This document shows, in pieces, positions 49,668-60,796 of a stretch of DNA of 64,000 bases. The translations under genes were made by a program, and so were the position numbers. Source of the DNA: Macrostomum lignano. Lineage: Eukaryota. Each line of letters begins with the position of its first letter. The first letter of the stretch is position 1. Under the pieces are notes generated by a model. It ran no database searches. It had not been told where the DNA came from and saw only the letters and a program-made list of their open reading frames with translations. Where the stretch lies: assembly GCA_002269645.1 (NCBI GenBank), contig NIVC01003999.1:1-64000 (forward strand), written 5' to 3'.

Positions 49668-50262
49668 TATACTGTCCGTCAAAAGTTCCGGAACCCTTGC
49701 TACGATGTCTTCTAGCGGACATAATTTCAGTCCGTTTCAATTGTAACTTGATTCAAATGAAAGCTGCGGATCTCAGCTCCATGATGTGGTCAAGAAAAAG
49801 TTTATTCGAAGGAGCGCGTGTGAACAGGCCAGTGTTATGTACATAAAGGTTAGAGAAAAAAAGTGAGGAAAAGACAAACAAGCAATTGACTCTCCCATGA
49901 AAGCTGACTGCACAAGAATCCATAAGAGCCTGTTGATTTCAACACAAGTTTTGGCCATAGACTAATGTTAGCCAGGCTGAACACTGCGCGCAAACCGATT
50001 CCTTCCCATGTGTGTTTGCTCCATAGACTCAGCAACCATAGACAATTGCTTGTTTGTCTTTTCCTCACTTTTTTCTCTAACCTTTATGTACATAACACTG
50101 GCCTGTTCACACGCGCTCCTTCGAATAAACTTTTTCTTGACCACATCATGGAGCTGAGATCCGCAGCTTTCATTTGAATCAAGTTACAATTGAAACGGAC
50201 TGAAATTATGTTCGCTAGAAGACATCGTAGCAAGGGTTCCGGAACTTTTGACGGACAGTATA
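49668..50262. mobile_element. Foldback MITE copy 2
   Basis: Same TIRs as 45488-46187, shorter interior, TA flanks. Confidence 0.9.
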
Positions 50263-50346
50263 TAACGCATACATTTTTGTGTCCCTAGGCTACCTTATTA
50301 CTGCTTTCAATCCCGGTTCTAATCAAATCCTTCGAGACAAGTATAA

Positions 50347-51793
50347 ATGGCTAGCAACTTTCATGAGAATGCCGTTGCCTTTCTTGACGACTCACCGGCT
50401 TTGACCAGTGATAAGAGCGCCAGCGAGTACGCAAGCATTGATGGCGAGGTGGATGAAGAAGATGGCCAGAGTGACGTGGAAGGCTCTCAGGTAGAAGAAG
50501 CTTTGATTGAAAATGGATGGAATTTCGTTCAGGAGGGTGAAGACTCGCGTCTCCGGGATGCGCCAGAATTCCTCGGAGTGCCCGTTCTGAACCCGGATCT
50601 ATTAGCTCAAACGCCGGATAACACAATGGCTCGGATCGAATTCTTCCTCCAGCACTTTATTACCTCTGATCTGGTGTCTGCCATTCGATTTTGGACCAAT
50701 GCTCGAGCTGATTTCGAGCTCCAAAACATTGCAATTGAGACTGATGGACCTCTTCCCCCCTTACTATCATCTTGGAGACCATGCACCGACAACGAAGTGA
50801 GGAAATGTCTCGCCATCGTCCTGTAAATGGGTCTAGTGAAGAAGCCCGAATTGCACATGTATTGGTCGACTTGCGATTTCTACGGTGGTAAATATTTTCA
50901 AAAAGATCATTGCCTCGGAAGGGATGGGTTCATTCAGCTCTTGTCATTCCTCCGATTCTACGACTGCACCGCAGTAAATAATCACCAGGATTCCCTGAAG
51001 AAAATCAGGCCTTTTTTTAGACATTGCGCGTGGTATGTGCCAAGCCAACTACTACCCGAATCAGGACGTTTCAGTAGATGAAGAGTTGGTCATGTACAAA
51101 GGCAGACTCATTTTCCGACAGTTCATGCCCAAAAAGCGCGCCAGGTTCGGCATAAAGGTCTACTGTCTCACAGAGGCTTCCACCGGATTTCTGTGGAACT
51201 TCCGTGTGCATGCTGTCAAGCAGGACAACGACAGGTTGGAAAATGAGTGAACTGCGGGAATTTATCTTTCAGTGAAAAGATTGTTGTCGAGCTAAGCAAG
51301 GACTTGCTGGGCTTGGGCTACCGGATCTATTGACAGCTGGTTCACGTCGCTTCGCCTAGCTCAGTTTCTGCTCGAACGTAATACCATGCTGACAGGAACC
51401 GTGAGAGTCGACCGAGGCATCCCCAACGAGCTAAAGGTGCTGGCACTGCAACCCATAAGTCACTCTCACGTGCGCCGAGGCAATGCTCTTGCCGTCAAGG
51501 TCGTTGACAGAAAGGCCAGTGGTCGCAAAACTGTCTACCTTTTGGACACCCACGGCGTTGCTGGAAGCACGGAAGTGAGGCGAGTAATTCGAGGTGGCGT
51601 AGTGGAGACAGTTTTGAAGCCCAACTCAGTACTGCAGTACAACAAGAGTATGGGAGGCGTCGATCGCCTTGACGCAGCGCTACAACCCTACAGTGCAGGA
51701 AGAAGGACGCACAGGTGGCACCAGAAGCTCGGGTTTCATATTTTGCTTCAGTTGTTGCGCAATGCTTGGATTTGTTACTGCCATTCTGGCAAC
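50347..51793 (+). pseudogene. piggyBac (PGBD4-like) transposase, 5' part, degenerate
   Basis: SVDEELVMYKGR..FRQFMPKKRARFGIK; DSWFTS; YNKSMGGVDRLD; several stops and frameshifts. Confidence 0.88.
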
Positions 51794-51983
51794 TGTTATG
51801 TCTTCTTCTCTAGCGGAAGACAGTGGGTCAAGATCAACAAGGTCAAGTTAAAAGTTGCACTCTTAGCCGAGCGTCTTATTTCATGTTCGTAACGTTCTTT
51901 TTATTTTCCAAGCTTGAAGCATCGCTTCTTTAGCTTATGGCTGGGTGTGTGTGCGACGGAGTCGTCTATGGCCACACCCAACA
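51794..51983 (-). mobile_element. 3' LTR (190 bp) of Gypsy element, with PPT
   Basis: Minus strand AGGGGGGAGA|TGTTGG...ATAACA; contains AATAAA. Confidence 0.85.
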
Positions 51984-52041
51984 TCTCCCCCCTTACAATG
52001 GCAAAGAAAATTTTTTTTAAGTTAATGCGGGGGAACAAATT

Positions 52042-53208
52042 TTAGCACTTATAGTTAACTTTGGGTTTCTCCGAAAGTCGCATGCTTCTCCTGGGTTCAA
52101 TAGTATCCTCGGGAACCTCAGGGATCGGAGGTGTACGCAGTCCCTCTTTTTGTGGAGGCTCCTCTTCTTGTTTTCTCCCTGCCGGGTGCTCGCCAGCTTC
52201 AGGTGGCATTCTGTCGGTTTCTGCGGGCTCCTCGCCGGTTAGACTGTACGGATGTAGCTGATCCAAGTGAACCTTCCGATACTTTGAGTTCGGTTCATCT
52301 GTCTTGATCATGGCCATGCTCCTTCCGATAGGCAAAAGCAGTTTTGCAGTGATTGGCTTGTCTCTCTCATTTTTGTAGATAACTGGATCCTCCAGTCCAA
52401 CTTGCCTCTTGGTAAACGGAACCCTGAGCTTGTGCCCCAGCAGCTGTTCCGCTGGTGACGATCCCGCTTTGTTGTCTGATGCGCGATAAAACAGCAAGAA
52501 GCGGTCAACAGACTCTTGACTGAAGCCATTTGCTTTGATGCTTTCTTTTAGCGTGCGTACGAAACGCTCTGCAACCCCATTACTTTGTGGGTGATAAGCT
52601 GCAATAGTTAGGTGCTCACAGTCAATTCCTGCCAACCACTCCGTAAACTCCTTGCTGATAAAGCATGGTCCGTTATCTGACACAAGTGTCCTTGGAATTC
52701 CAAGCTGAGAAAATGTCCTTCTGACGCACTGAATGACAGTTCGAGAAGTCATATCTTTGGTGACGTGGACTTCAGGATACCCGCTGTACGAATCTACCAG
52801 AACGAGCATGTAGTGGTTGTCGATCGGTCCTGCAAAGTCGATATGAACACGATCCCAAGGACCCGCAGCTTCAGGCCAACTGGAGCGAAAATTCCTATTT
52901 TGCGGTTTTGCGGTCCTACAGATCTGGCACAAACCGACTGTCCGTTCGATATCGCTGTCCATGGCTGGACACCAAAACTCCGCACGAGCCAAGGACTTGG
53001 TGCGGGACATTCCCAAATGAACTTCGTGCACTGCTGCAATCGCTTTCATGCGTAAGGATTTTGGAATAATGATCCTGTGGCCTCGAAGAATAACATCGTC
53101 CTGAACACAAAGTTCTTCTCGCACATTTTTGAAAGGTCGCAGCCTAGGGTGTTTGAAGCTTCCTGTCTTTATAGCGCTCTTCAGCAAGCGCATTTCTGAA
53201 TTCCGCAA
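52042..53208 (-). CDS. Gypsy integrase (K02A2.6-like)
   Basis: HEVHLG..C..C, HIDFAGP, LVSDNGP, NGVAERFV; frame-shifted relative to RT. Confidence 0.9.
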   Translation of the reverse strand: MRNSEMRLLKSAIKTGSFKHPRLRPFKNVREELCVQDDVILRGHRIIIPKSLRMKAIAAVHEVHLGMSRTKSLARAEFWCPAMDSDIERTVGLCQICRTAKPQNRNFRSSWPEAAGPWDRVHIDFAGPIDNHYMLVLVDSYSGYPEVHVTKDMTSRTVIQCVRRTFSQLGIPRTLVSDNGPCFISKEFTEWLAGIDCEHLTIAAYHPQSNGVAERFVRTLKESIKANGFSQESVDRFLLFYRASDNKAGSSPAEQLLGHKLRVPFTKRQVGLEDPVIYKNERDKPITAKLLLPIGRSMAMIKTDEPNSKYRKVHLDQLHPYSLTGEEPAETDRMPPEAGEHPAGRKQEEEPPQKEGLRTPPIPEVPEDTIEPRRSMRLSEKPKVNYKC

Positions 53209-54980
53209 GCGCGCTTCGTTGCTAGCCTGATTTCTTCCAGAGACACTGTAGTTGAAACCGTGTGAATGTTACCAATCTCTAGCGTTTCACCGCTTCTTCC
53301 TTGCGGAACCAATCTTGAGAGCGCGTCAGATGCTATAGCTTTAGATTTTCGATACTCGATCTCGTAATCGTACGCCGTGAAAAATATCGCCCATCTCTGC
53401 AGCCTTGCGGACACTCTCGATGGTAGCTCTTTGTCACAGGCTAAGATGTAAACGAGAGGTCGATGGTCGGTTATTAGCTTAAATTTTCTACCACAGAGAA
53501 AACGATGACATCTTCTGACACCCCATATTATCGCGAGCGCTTCTCGCTCTATTTGCGAATAATTTCGCTCCGATGATGACAAAAGTTTGCTGATGTACAA
53601 GACAGGACGTCCTTGCTGATTCAGGACACCACCAAGGGCAATCTGCGAAGCGTCTACTTCGAGCTCAACCGGTAGCTTTGGGTCGTACGCATGCAAAGCA
53701 GCGTCTTCTGAAAGTGATTTCTGGATGTTTCTGAACGCATCTTGTTCTTTTACGCTCCAACGAAACTCCACACCTTTGCGCTTCAGGTGCACCAACGGAG
53801 CCGATATTCCAGAAAGGTTTGGAATGAATCGCGAGCAGAACGTAATCAGTCCGAGGAAGGATTCTAACTCGGAAAGATTCTTCGGAGCTTCCATTTCTTT
53901 GATCGCCCGCACTTTCTCTCCATCAGGATAAATGCGACCGCTGTCCAGAATATGACCCAAAAACCGGACTCGAGATAAATTCCGTTGGCATTTCTGATCA
54001 TTTACCTTTAGCCCTTCCGATGCTAGACGGTAAAGTACTTGTTCTTCGCGTCCTTTCAACTCTGACTCATCGCTTCCACCAATTAATATATCATCCATGT
54101 ACGCTATTGTTCCGGGAATACCTTGGATCACTTGCGATATATACCGTTGGAAAATACTCGGAGCCGTTTTTATTCCAAACACAAGTTTATTGTACTTAAA
54201 ATTTCCAAATGGTATCGACATCATGGTTAGCGGTTTAGATGCATCGTCCAGCTCTACTTGGTTGTACGCTTTCTCTAGATCGATGATACTGTACCGAAAG
54301 CATCCCGCCACTGTCGAGAACGCTTCCTTCGGGGTCGGTGTCGGGTAGCTATCCGGGACCAGCTGTGGATTAAGCGTACTCTTATAGTCCACACATAGCC
54401 TGATACTGCCGTTGGGCTTGCCGACTACCACGACTGGAGACGCCCATTCCGAGAATTTCACAGCTTCGATTATACCTTCATCAAGTAAGCGATCCAATTC
54501 CTTTTTTACTGCTTCACATTGAGCAAATGGTAACGGTCTTGCTTTTACATACTTTTTTGGTACTGCTCCATCTTTAAGTTCCAAATGAGCTTCCATTGTA
54601 GTTGCACTTGCTGCCAGAGATGCCATATCCATGGAGACTTCCCCATTATGTCCTGTGTCCAGCTGTACACAGAGAACATCTCGCCCCAGCAAGGCATAGC
54701 TCTTGCTGCCTTTCACTACCTCAAAGTCGATGCGCTGATATTTTCCATTCAGTTCTACCACAGCTTCGTATCGACCTAATACCGTGAACTTGTGATCACT
54801 TACATAGCCACCCAGTTGTGTATTTGAGTTCTTAAGAGCTGGTCGACCCAACTGTTTCCAGAGGGATCCTGACATTATGGACACACCCGCTCCAGTATCC
54901 AGCTCGCATGTCAGCGCGTATCTCTTTTGCCCTTCTAGTACGGACACTGTGATGGAGATAGGCTTTCGGTGATCCCGATC
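53181..54980 (-). CDS. Gypsy protease-RT-RNase H
   Basis: LDTGA, RLCVDYK, FGIKTAPSIFQ, YMDD, VDAS, YSQIEREALAI, TDHRPL, ASDALSR. Confidence 0.93.
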   Translation of the reverse strand, partial: DRDHRKPISITVSVLEGQKRYALTCELDTGAGVSIMSGSLWKQLGRPALKNSNTQLGGYVSDHKFTVLGRYEAVVELNGKYQRIDFEVVKGSKSYALLGRDVLCVQLDTGHNGEVSMDMASLAASATTMEAHLELKDGAVPKKYVKARPLPFAQCEAVKKELDRLLDEGIIEAVKFSEWASPVVVVGKPNGSIRLCVDYKSTLNPQLVPDSYPTPTPKEAFSTVAGCFRYSIIDLEKAYNQVELDDASKPLTMMSIPFGNFKYNKLVFGIKTAPSIFQRYISQVIQGIPGTIAYMDDILIGGSDESELKGREEQVLYRLASEGLKVNDQKCQRNLSRVRFLGHILDSGRIYPDGEKVRAIKEMEAPKNLSELESFLGLITFCSRFIPNLSGISAPLVHLKRKGVEFRWSVKEQDAFRNIQKSLSEDAALHAYDPKLPVELEVDASQIALGGVLNQQGRPVLYISKLLSSSERNYSQIEREALAIIWGVRRCHRFLCGRKFKLITDHRPLVYILACDKELPSRVSARLQRWAIFFTAYDYEIEYRKSKAIASDALSRLVPQGRSGETLEIGNIHTVSTTVSLEEIRLATKRACGIQKCAC

Positions 54981-54986
54981 TGGGCA

Positions 54987-55279
54987 AGAACTTCTGCATG
55001 AAGTTCTTAGACATCTTGGAGGCTACGATCCGCCTTCTGATGGAGCAGACGGGTCGGGGCAAGCGGCAGAACACATCGAAGCGTCGAGCTGCCTCGCTGC
55101 ATACCCCATCCAAACTACCACCGACTGAGGCCAATATGAGACCGACTAAGCGGTGCAGAGTCTGCTATGGAAACGACTCGGCCAAGCGAACTGTCTACGT
55201 GTGTGATGCTTGCCCTGGAGAGCCTGGACTTTGCGCAGCTTCTTGCTTTCAGAGCTGGCACACTGCCGCGGGGAACTGA
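54987..55279 (+). pseudogene. piggyBac transposase C-terminal Cys-rich domain
   Basis: KRCRVC...YVCDACPGEPGLCAASCFQSWH; continues the frame broken at 51793. Confidence 0.88.
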
Positions 55280-56229
55280 TTGTACAGTCGACTTACTGTT
55301 ACTCTGTAATCATCTGAATTCCTGACATCTAAATCGATCCCGTTCTGCCGAATTATCTTGTCAATTTTCTATTCTTACAAGTAAGAGAGTAAGCTACTTC
55401 TCGCTTGTTTTATGTTGAAGTGCTAGTTAAATTATCTAAGCTTCTTTACTCCTTAGCTTGTTTCAACAGTTCGTATAAGTCCCAGTTCGTATAAGTCCGA
55501 GTCCGTCGAAGTCCCATGTGTCTCAAAATCCCAGTTATCCGAATCCCAGTACTATTGTAATAGTATTTTGCTAGACTGTTTACTTAGAATTTCGAATTCT
55601 TAAAATAAAAAAATTTCCTCTGACACTGAACAGGGAATAACAAACACAAAAACAAGTTTTTCGATCTATGATTGTGCCATCCGTGAGTTGTGGGGGTGTA
55701 GAAAACTGAGAATTCATAAAAAGAGATTGTGCCATAGACATGTTAAGCAACAAATATTTTTTCTAATAATATGGTACGCCCAGCATGCCATCCGTGAAGA
55801 GAGGGTTAACGAGAAGATAAACACCTCTTGAACAATGGTAACAATAAGCCGATGTGCTTTGATGACGTCTGAACAGTGAATGGATGCTCGGAATTCGGTT
55901 CACGATGGCAGCGTGTCACGCTCTCGAAATTCTACTAGTTCATCTTGGAAAAGTCATCGTTCGGACAACAGCACGCCCCTTCCCTTAGCCTGTCGACTGG
56001 CACGCACTGCAATATCCAAGCACGCATCTTAGTGTTTCGTTTGATGGAGTGCAAATACGCTCGAATATTTGAATTAAAGCAGTAGAACTTCACAAACCTT
56101 GTGTTTGAACGAGGCAGGACTGCGGGACTCCGTCGAAAACTGACGGTGGAGCGGCCTTTCATTTCTTCCCTTTTTTTATCATTGGTGCATCTTGAGGCCA
56201 GTGCTTAGCACACACGCCCATGTAGTCTG

Positions 56230-56454
56230 TCACGGTCCAACAACAACAAAATTGTTAATGAATTCATGTGGCCAGGCCAAATCTGATTCACAAAGCACAT
56301 TTGAAGAAATTCTTACCGTCAGTTGATTAGGCAGAGACAGTCGCCAAGCCTCTTGTTCAGTTGCATCTTTAGGAAACGAAAATACTGCAACATTCCGATC
56401 ACGGTTACTATTGTAGTTTGCACAACAGAAAATGACGCTGCATTTTCTCGGCAT
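56230..56454 (-). pseudogene. THAP domain (degenerate)
   Basis: MPRKCSVIFC..VFSFPKD..QEAW..LP..VLCE; followed by PPSVFDGVP in the downstream sequence. Confidence 0.75.
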
Positions 56455-57079
56455 GATATTTAGTTTCAGCAAGAATAAAAGTTCTCTCTCTCAATTGCAA
56501 GTGCATGCGAAAAACTCCATTTTTAGCTCAGCTTTCTTCGCTTTCGTAGCTTTGGATGGGCCATAGAACAATGCTTTTAAACGAGCCTCATACTTGTTTC
56601 GCCATGAATTGGCTCGTTTCCGGTCCTTTGTTATCAAGTTGTCCTTGTGCTCTCCTTAATGCACAGTTTTGGCCATAGACAATCACCGAAGCGTGGGTTC
56701 ACGTTTTAAGCCGATTGGCCTGACCAATTTTCTCCGTTTTTTCGCCAAAAGATGTCAAATGTACCCGGGATGGTACCTGCAATTTTATTAAGCTCTGGCT
56801 CATTGCTAAAGGGGTTTAATACTCGAACAACTGTATTTTCCCTATCTAATTAGTGTATTTTTCTCGCAGTGAGAGCTCGAAAAATAAATAATACGTTTAT
56901 GGCCATAGACTAAACTTCAACTTCCTGAGCTGATGCTACGAGCTATAAATAATTAAATAGGAGTATTAGACAGCATGCTTTTTTGCATAAGGGAGAGAAA
57001 TCAGCCAGTGCACTTTAAAAGTATTGAAGTATTGCGCCACTATATAGTATATGCAAGGGAGAGAAAAATGCTCAGTGGC

Positions 57080-58220
57080 TGAGGCTGCGTGCTGTCTGGG
57101 GGATGCTTGCTGTCTGAGGAATGCTGGCTGTCTGGGGAATGCTGGCTGTCTGGGGGATGCTTGCTGTCTGGGGAATGCTGGCTGTCTGGGGGATGCTTGC
57201 TGTCTGGGGAATTCTGGCTGTCTGAGGAATGCTGGCTGTCTGAGGAATGCTGGCTGTCTGGGGGATGCTTGCTGTCTGGGGAATGCTGGCTGTCTGGGGG
57301 ATGCTGGCTGTCTGGGGGATGCTTGCTGTCTGAGGAATGCTGGCTGTCTGAGGAATGCTGGCTGTCTGGGGGATGCTTGCTGTCTGAGGAATGCTGGCTG
57401 TCTGAGGAATGCTGGCTGTCTGAGGAATGCTGGCTGTCTGGGGGATGCTTGCTGTCTGGGGGATGCTTGCTGTCTGAGGAATGCTGGCTGTCTGAGGAAT
57501 GCTGGCTGTCTGGGGGATGCTTGCTGTCTGAGGAATGCTGGCTGTTTGGGGGATGCTTGCTGTCTGAGGAATGCTGGCTGTCTGGGGGATGCTTGCTGTC
57601 TGAGGAATGCTGGCTGTCTGGGGGATGCTTGCTGTCTGAGGAATGCTGGCTGTCTGAGGAATGCTGGCTGTCTGGGGGATGCTTGCTGTCTGGGGGATGC
57701 TTGCTGTCTGAGGAATGCTGGCTGTCTGAGGAATGCTGGCTGTCTGGGGAATGCTTGCTGTGGGATGCTTGCTGTCTGAGGAATGCTGGCTGTCTGGGGG
57801 ATGCTTGCTGTCTGAGGAATGCTGGCTGTCTGAGGAATGCTGGCTGTCTGGGGGATGCTTGCTGTCTGGGGGATGCTTGCTGTCTGAGGAATGCTGGCTG
57901 TCTGAGGAATGCTGGCTGTCTGGGGGATGCTTGCTGTCTGAGGAATGCTGGCTGTCTGGGGAATGCTTGCTGTGGGATGCTTGCTGTCTGAGGAATGCTG
58001 GCTGTCTGGGGGATGCTTGCTGTCTGAGGAATGCTGGCTGTCTGGGGAATGCTTGCTGTGGGATGCTTGCTGTCTGAGGAATGCTGGCTGTCTGGGGGAT
58101 GCTTGCTGTCTGAGGAATGCTGGCTGTTTGAGGAATGCTTGCTATCTAGGGGATGCTTGCTGTCTGGGAGATACTTGCTATCTAGGGGACGCTTGCTGTC
58201 TGGGGGATGCTTGATGTCTG
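57080..58220. repeat. 18-bp minisatellite with two main variants (CTGTCTGAGGAATGCTGG / CTGTCTGGGGGATGCTTG)
   Basis: Tandem repetition. Confidence 0.96.
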
Positions 58221-59513
58221 GGTGATTGCTTGCTACATTACATCATTATTAAAAGTATTACATTCTTTCTTTGCTTTTTGCTTTGATTCTTGTTTGACTG
58301 ATATTTATGGACAATATAATTTTTTACAGTCCAATGAGCATAGGGGTTTTTTGAAATGTTGAATAAGTCTAACGGGATGGGAGTTTTGACAAAGTAAACG
58401 GTATTTGAGTTGGATAAAGTCTACGGGGTGAGTCGGATAGAGTTAAAATAAAGTCGGATACAGTTTTAAGTCCTAACTGTTTTGAAGTTTCTTTACGAAG
58501 TTTCTCTTTACGAAGTCTAGAAGTCAACGGGTCGAATTATGCTAGTCTTTACTAAAAGTGAATGAAATAAAACTCTGTCGTATCTTCTACCCATAGGACC
58601 AGCGTGTTGATACAAATGGTAAAGATCGCCATTTTAATGCACAATGGAAAGCATATTAACCGGATTGCCGTATAGGATTAGCAAACACATTGGCTTATTT
58701 TTTAAAGTCTACATACTAGAATTTGAAGTAAAGAACCTTCATATAGGCTTTTAATGTTTTTCGGACACAGCTGAGACAGCTAAAATGAGACCAGTACGGT
58801 ACGAAGTAAAAAACTTCTATGAAGAAGCTTTTGCGGGAGTCAACAAATGGCAGAACATTTTCTGAGTTCGCCACAATGTCACGAAAATGGACAGTAAACA
58901 AAAATGCAATTCTCTGTTTGCAAAGGCTCTGTTTGAATTTCCACACTCGCTTATGCGCGTTTGCATTTGCTATAATTTTTTCCATACATAGCTTTTCTGT
59001 CTGTTTTGTGCGTAGGCTTGCAGATATAATAGGAGCATGGGGGTCAGAGGTCTTGGGGTGTGCCCGACTGTGCGCGCTCGCCAGCCAATTATCTAACAAT
59101 AGAAGAATGAGCAAATGTATTTGAGCATTCGCGAGCTAATGCGGCTGTGAATTTTAATGAAAAACTTCATGCAACAACGTGCATCACCTCGATTCTGCTG
59201 AGTCATGGTCAGAAGGCTTGACCCCTGGAAGAGAGGGGGGGAGAGAATGAATGAAGAAAGCAGAAAGAGAAGACATGACGCGGCGAAAACGTGCCAACAG
59301 ATGCACATTGCAGAGACATGTTGATGCGCGCAGTCTGTCTGTCTCACAGGTTAGGTGAGGGTTTGCAGCTGCTCTTGGGTTTGGGGTTTGAGGGTCAATA
59401 GCCAGTCTCACACAGCGTTTATATTTCCGAACCCGCAAAGCCGGACCGAGAGTGAATGTGCTGCAGTAAAATTTTCTTGAGTTTAGAATTTTATAAGCAA
59501 ATTAACTATAGTC

Positions 59514-60053
59514 ATGAAGGCTGGAACTGGCAAAGCCAACTCAACGAGCAATGGAAGCGGAACCGAAGCCAAAACTTTTGCCCTAATCGATCAGCTCGTA
59601 GATAAAAATCGCGACTTGCTTGACAAATCGGCGGGCGACCGGGTCGCCGAGGACATCCAGGCCCGACTGGCCTATCCTTGGTGCACCGATCTGCCAGTCG
59701 TGTTGTCGAAACGTTTGCCACTGTTGGCGCGAATCTGGTGCTGCGTCAAGCGCTGGACCTGGCGCTTAATGTTGATCTACCTGCTCTACGCCGCCGCCTC
59801 AGCCACCGTCAGCTTCTATTTCGAGTCGCAGATTGACGCCTGGCAGAGAAGCGACGCCTACACTGACTATTCTCTGGGCGTGAATTACATCGTGCGCAAG
59901 CTTGCCGTGTGGACCGGCACGCCTAAAATGGACTCCGTTCAGGAACTGGCGGCTGGAGAGTGCTTGTTGAGCAATCCGATCTATCGAAAGCCGCTGATGT
60001 GCTGCAATTGCAAGTTCAACGTCACGCTGTCTAAAGTTACTGACGTCCCGAAG
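59514..60053 (+). CDS. C6orf89/BRAP-like membrane protein, exon 1
   Basis: 180 codons; hydrophobic LMLIYLLYAAASATVSF segment; ECLLSNP..MCCNC; donor aag|gtagcg, phase 0. Confidence 0.7.
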
Positions 60054-60796
60054 GTAGCGTACTGCTTGGAAAAATAGCGGGAATATCGGTTGCTTAGCTT
60101 CTTGAATCATTTTATGATAGTCTTCTCTGAGACCCACTTTTCTTAAACCATTGACCCACACTAATTTAGTGTAATCTATCTTAACTCCATCTTATTTAAT
60201 GGACATAACTCAACTCAATAAAATCTACTAAACTTTACTCAATCAAATCTACTGGACGTCACTTAATTAGATTTATTAGATGTAACTCAATCAAACTACT
60301 GGACGTCACTCAATCAAATCTAATGGACGTCACTCCATTTGAAGGTCAATGCAAGATTTCAGCATTCTCACATCTTATGCTTTATTTGTAGTAGGGTGAT
60401 TTGAAAATTATCAAAAAATCGTTTTCAGCTAAACTCAAACATAAGAGTAATAAATTATCAAACAATCAAATGATTAGAGCCGTTTGCGTGCTCAACTGTG
60501 AAGCAGCTGCTTTGCGCAGAATGTCCTTTCTAAAGTATTCTCAAAACGATGCTCAACCAAATGAGATTCATCAGCTAAGAGGATCTTATAGTCTATTTTC
60601 GATCATGTTTTTCAAGTGACTTATCAAGATCCACAGGGGGGATTTGTAAGGCAAAGACTTATTCGCACTCTAAGGGGGCTGACTGAGACAGATTCGAGTG
60701 TACTTTTGGCCGCTGGATATACTCAGATTTCACGACTTTCCTGCCTTCCTTCCTGAACCAAATAAATAATTCGTTTCCAATGCCGCCTCCCCATAG

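Larger units (their letters stand above)
49347..55805 (+). mobile_element. piggyBac element flanked by TTAA, with nested MITE and Gypsy
   Basis: TTAA at 49343-46 and 55806-09; CC..GG ends; inverted CACGGATGGCA subterminal motifs; excision restores the host frame (..VFIFSLSANAEMVLRVF..). Confidence 0.8.
48148..56680 (-). mobile_element. THAP/P-superfamily element with long imperfect TIRs, internally deleted, hosting nested insertions
   Basis: Inverted repeats about 48148-48292 and 56554-56680; THAP ORF 56230-56454; transposase-like pieces 48936-49346 and 48580-48930. Confidence 0.65.

Noticed and set aside
57051-58225. Cys-rich keratin-associated or metallothionein-like ORFs
   Set aside because: All frames are open only because the 18-bp unit lacks stops; no splice or codon evidence.
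59150-59450. Possible SINE/LINE 5' end or small RNA gene
   Set aside because: No clear A/B boxes, TSD or second copy in the window.
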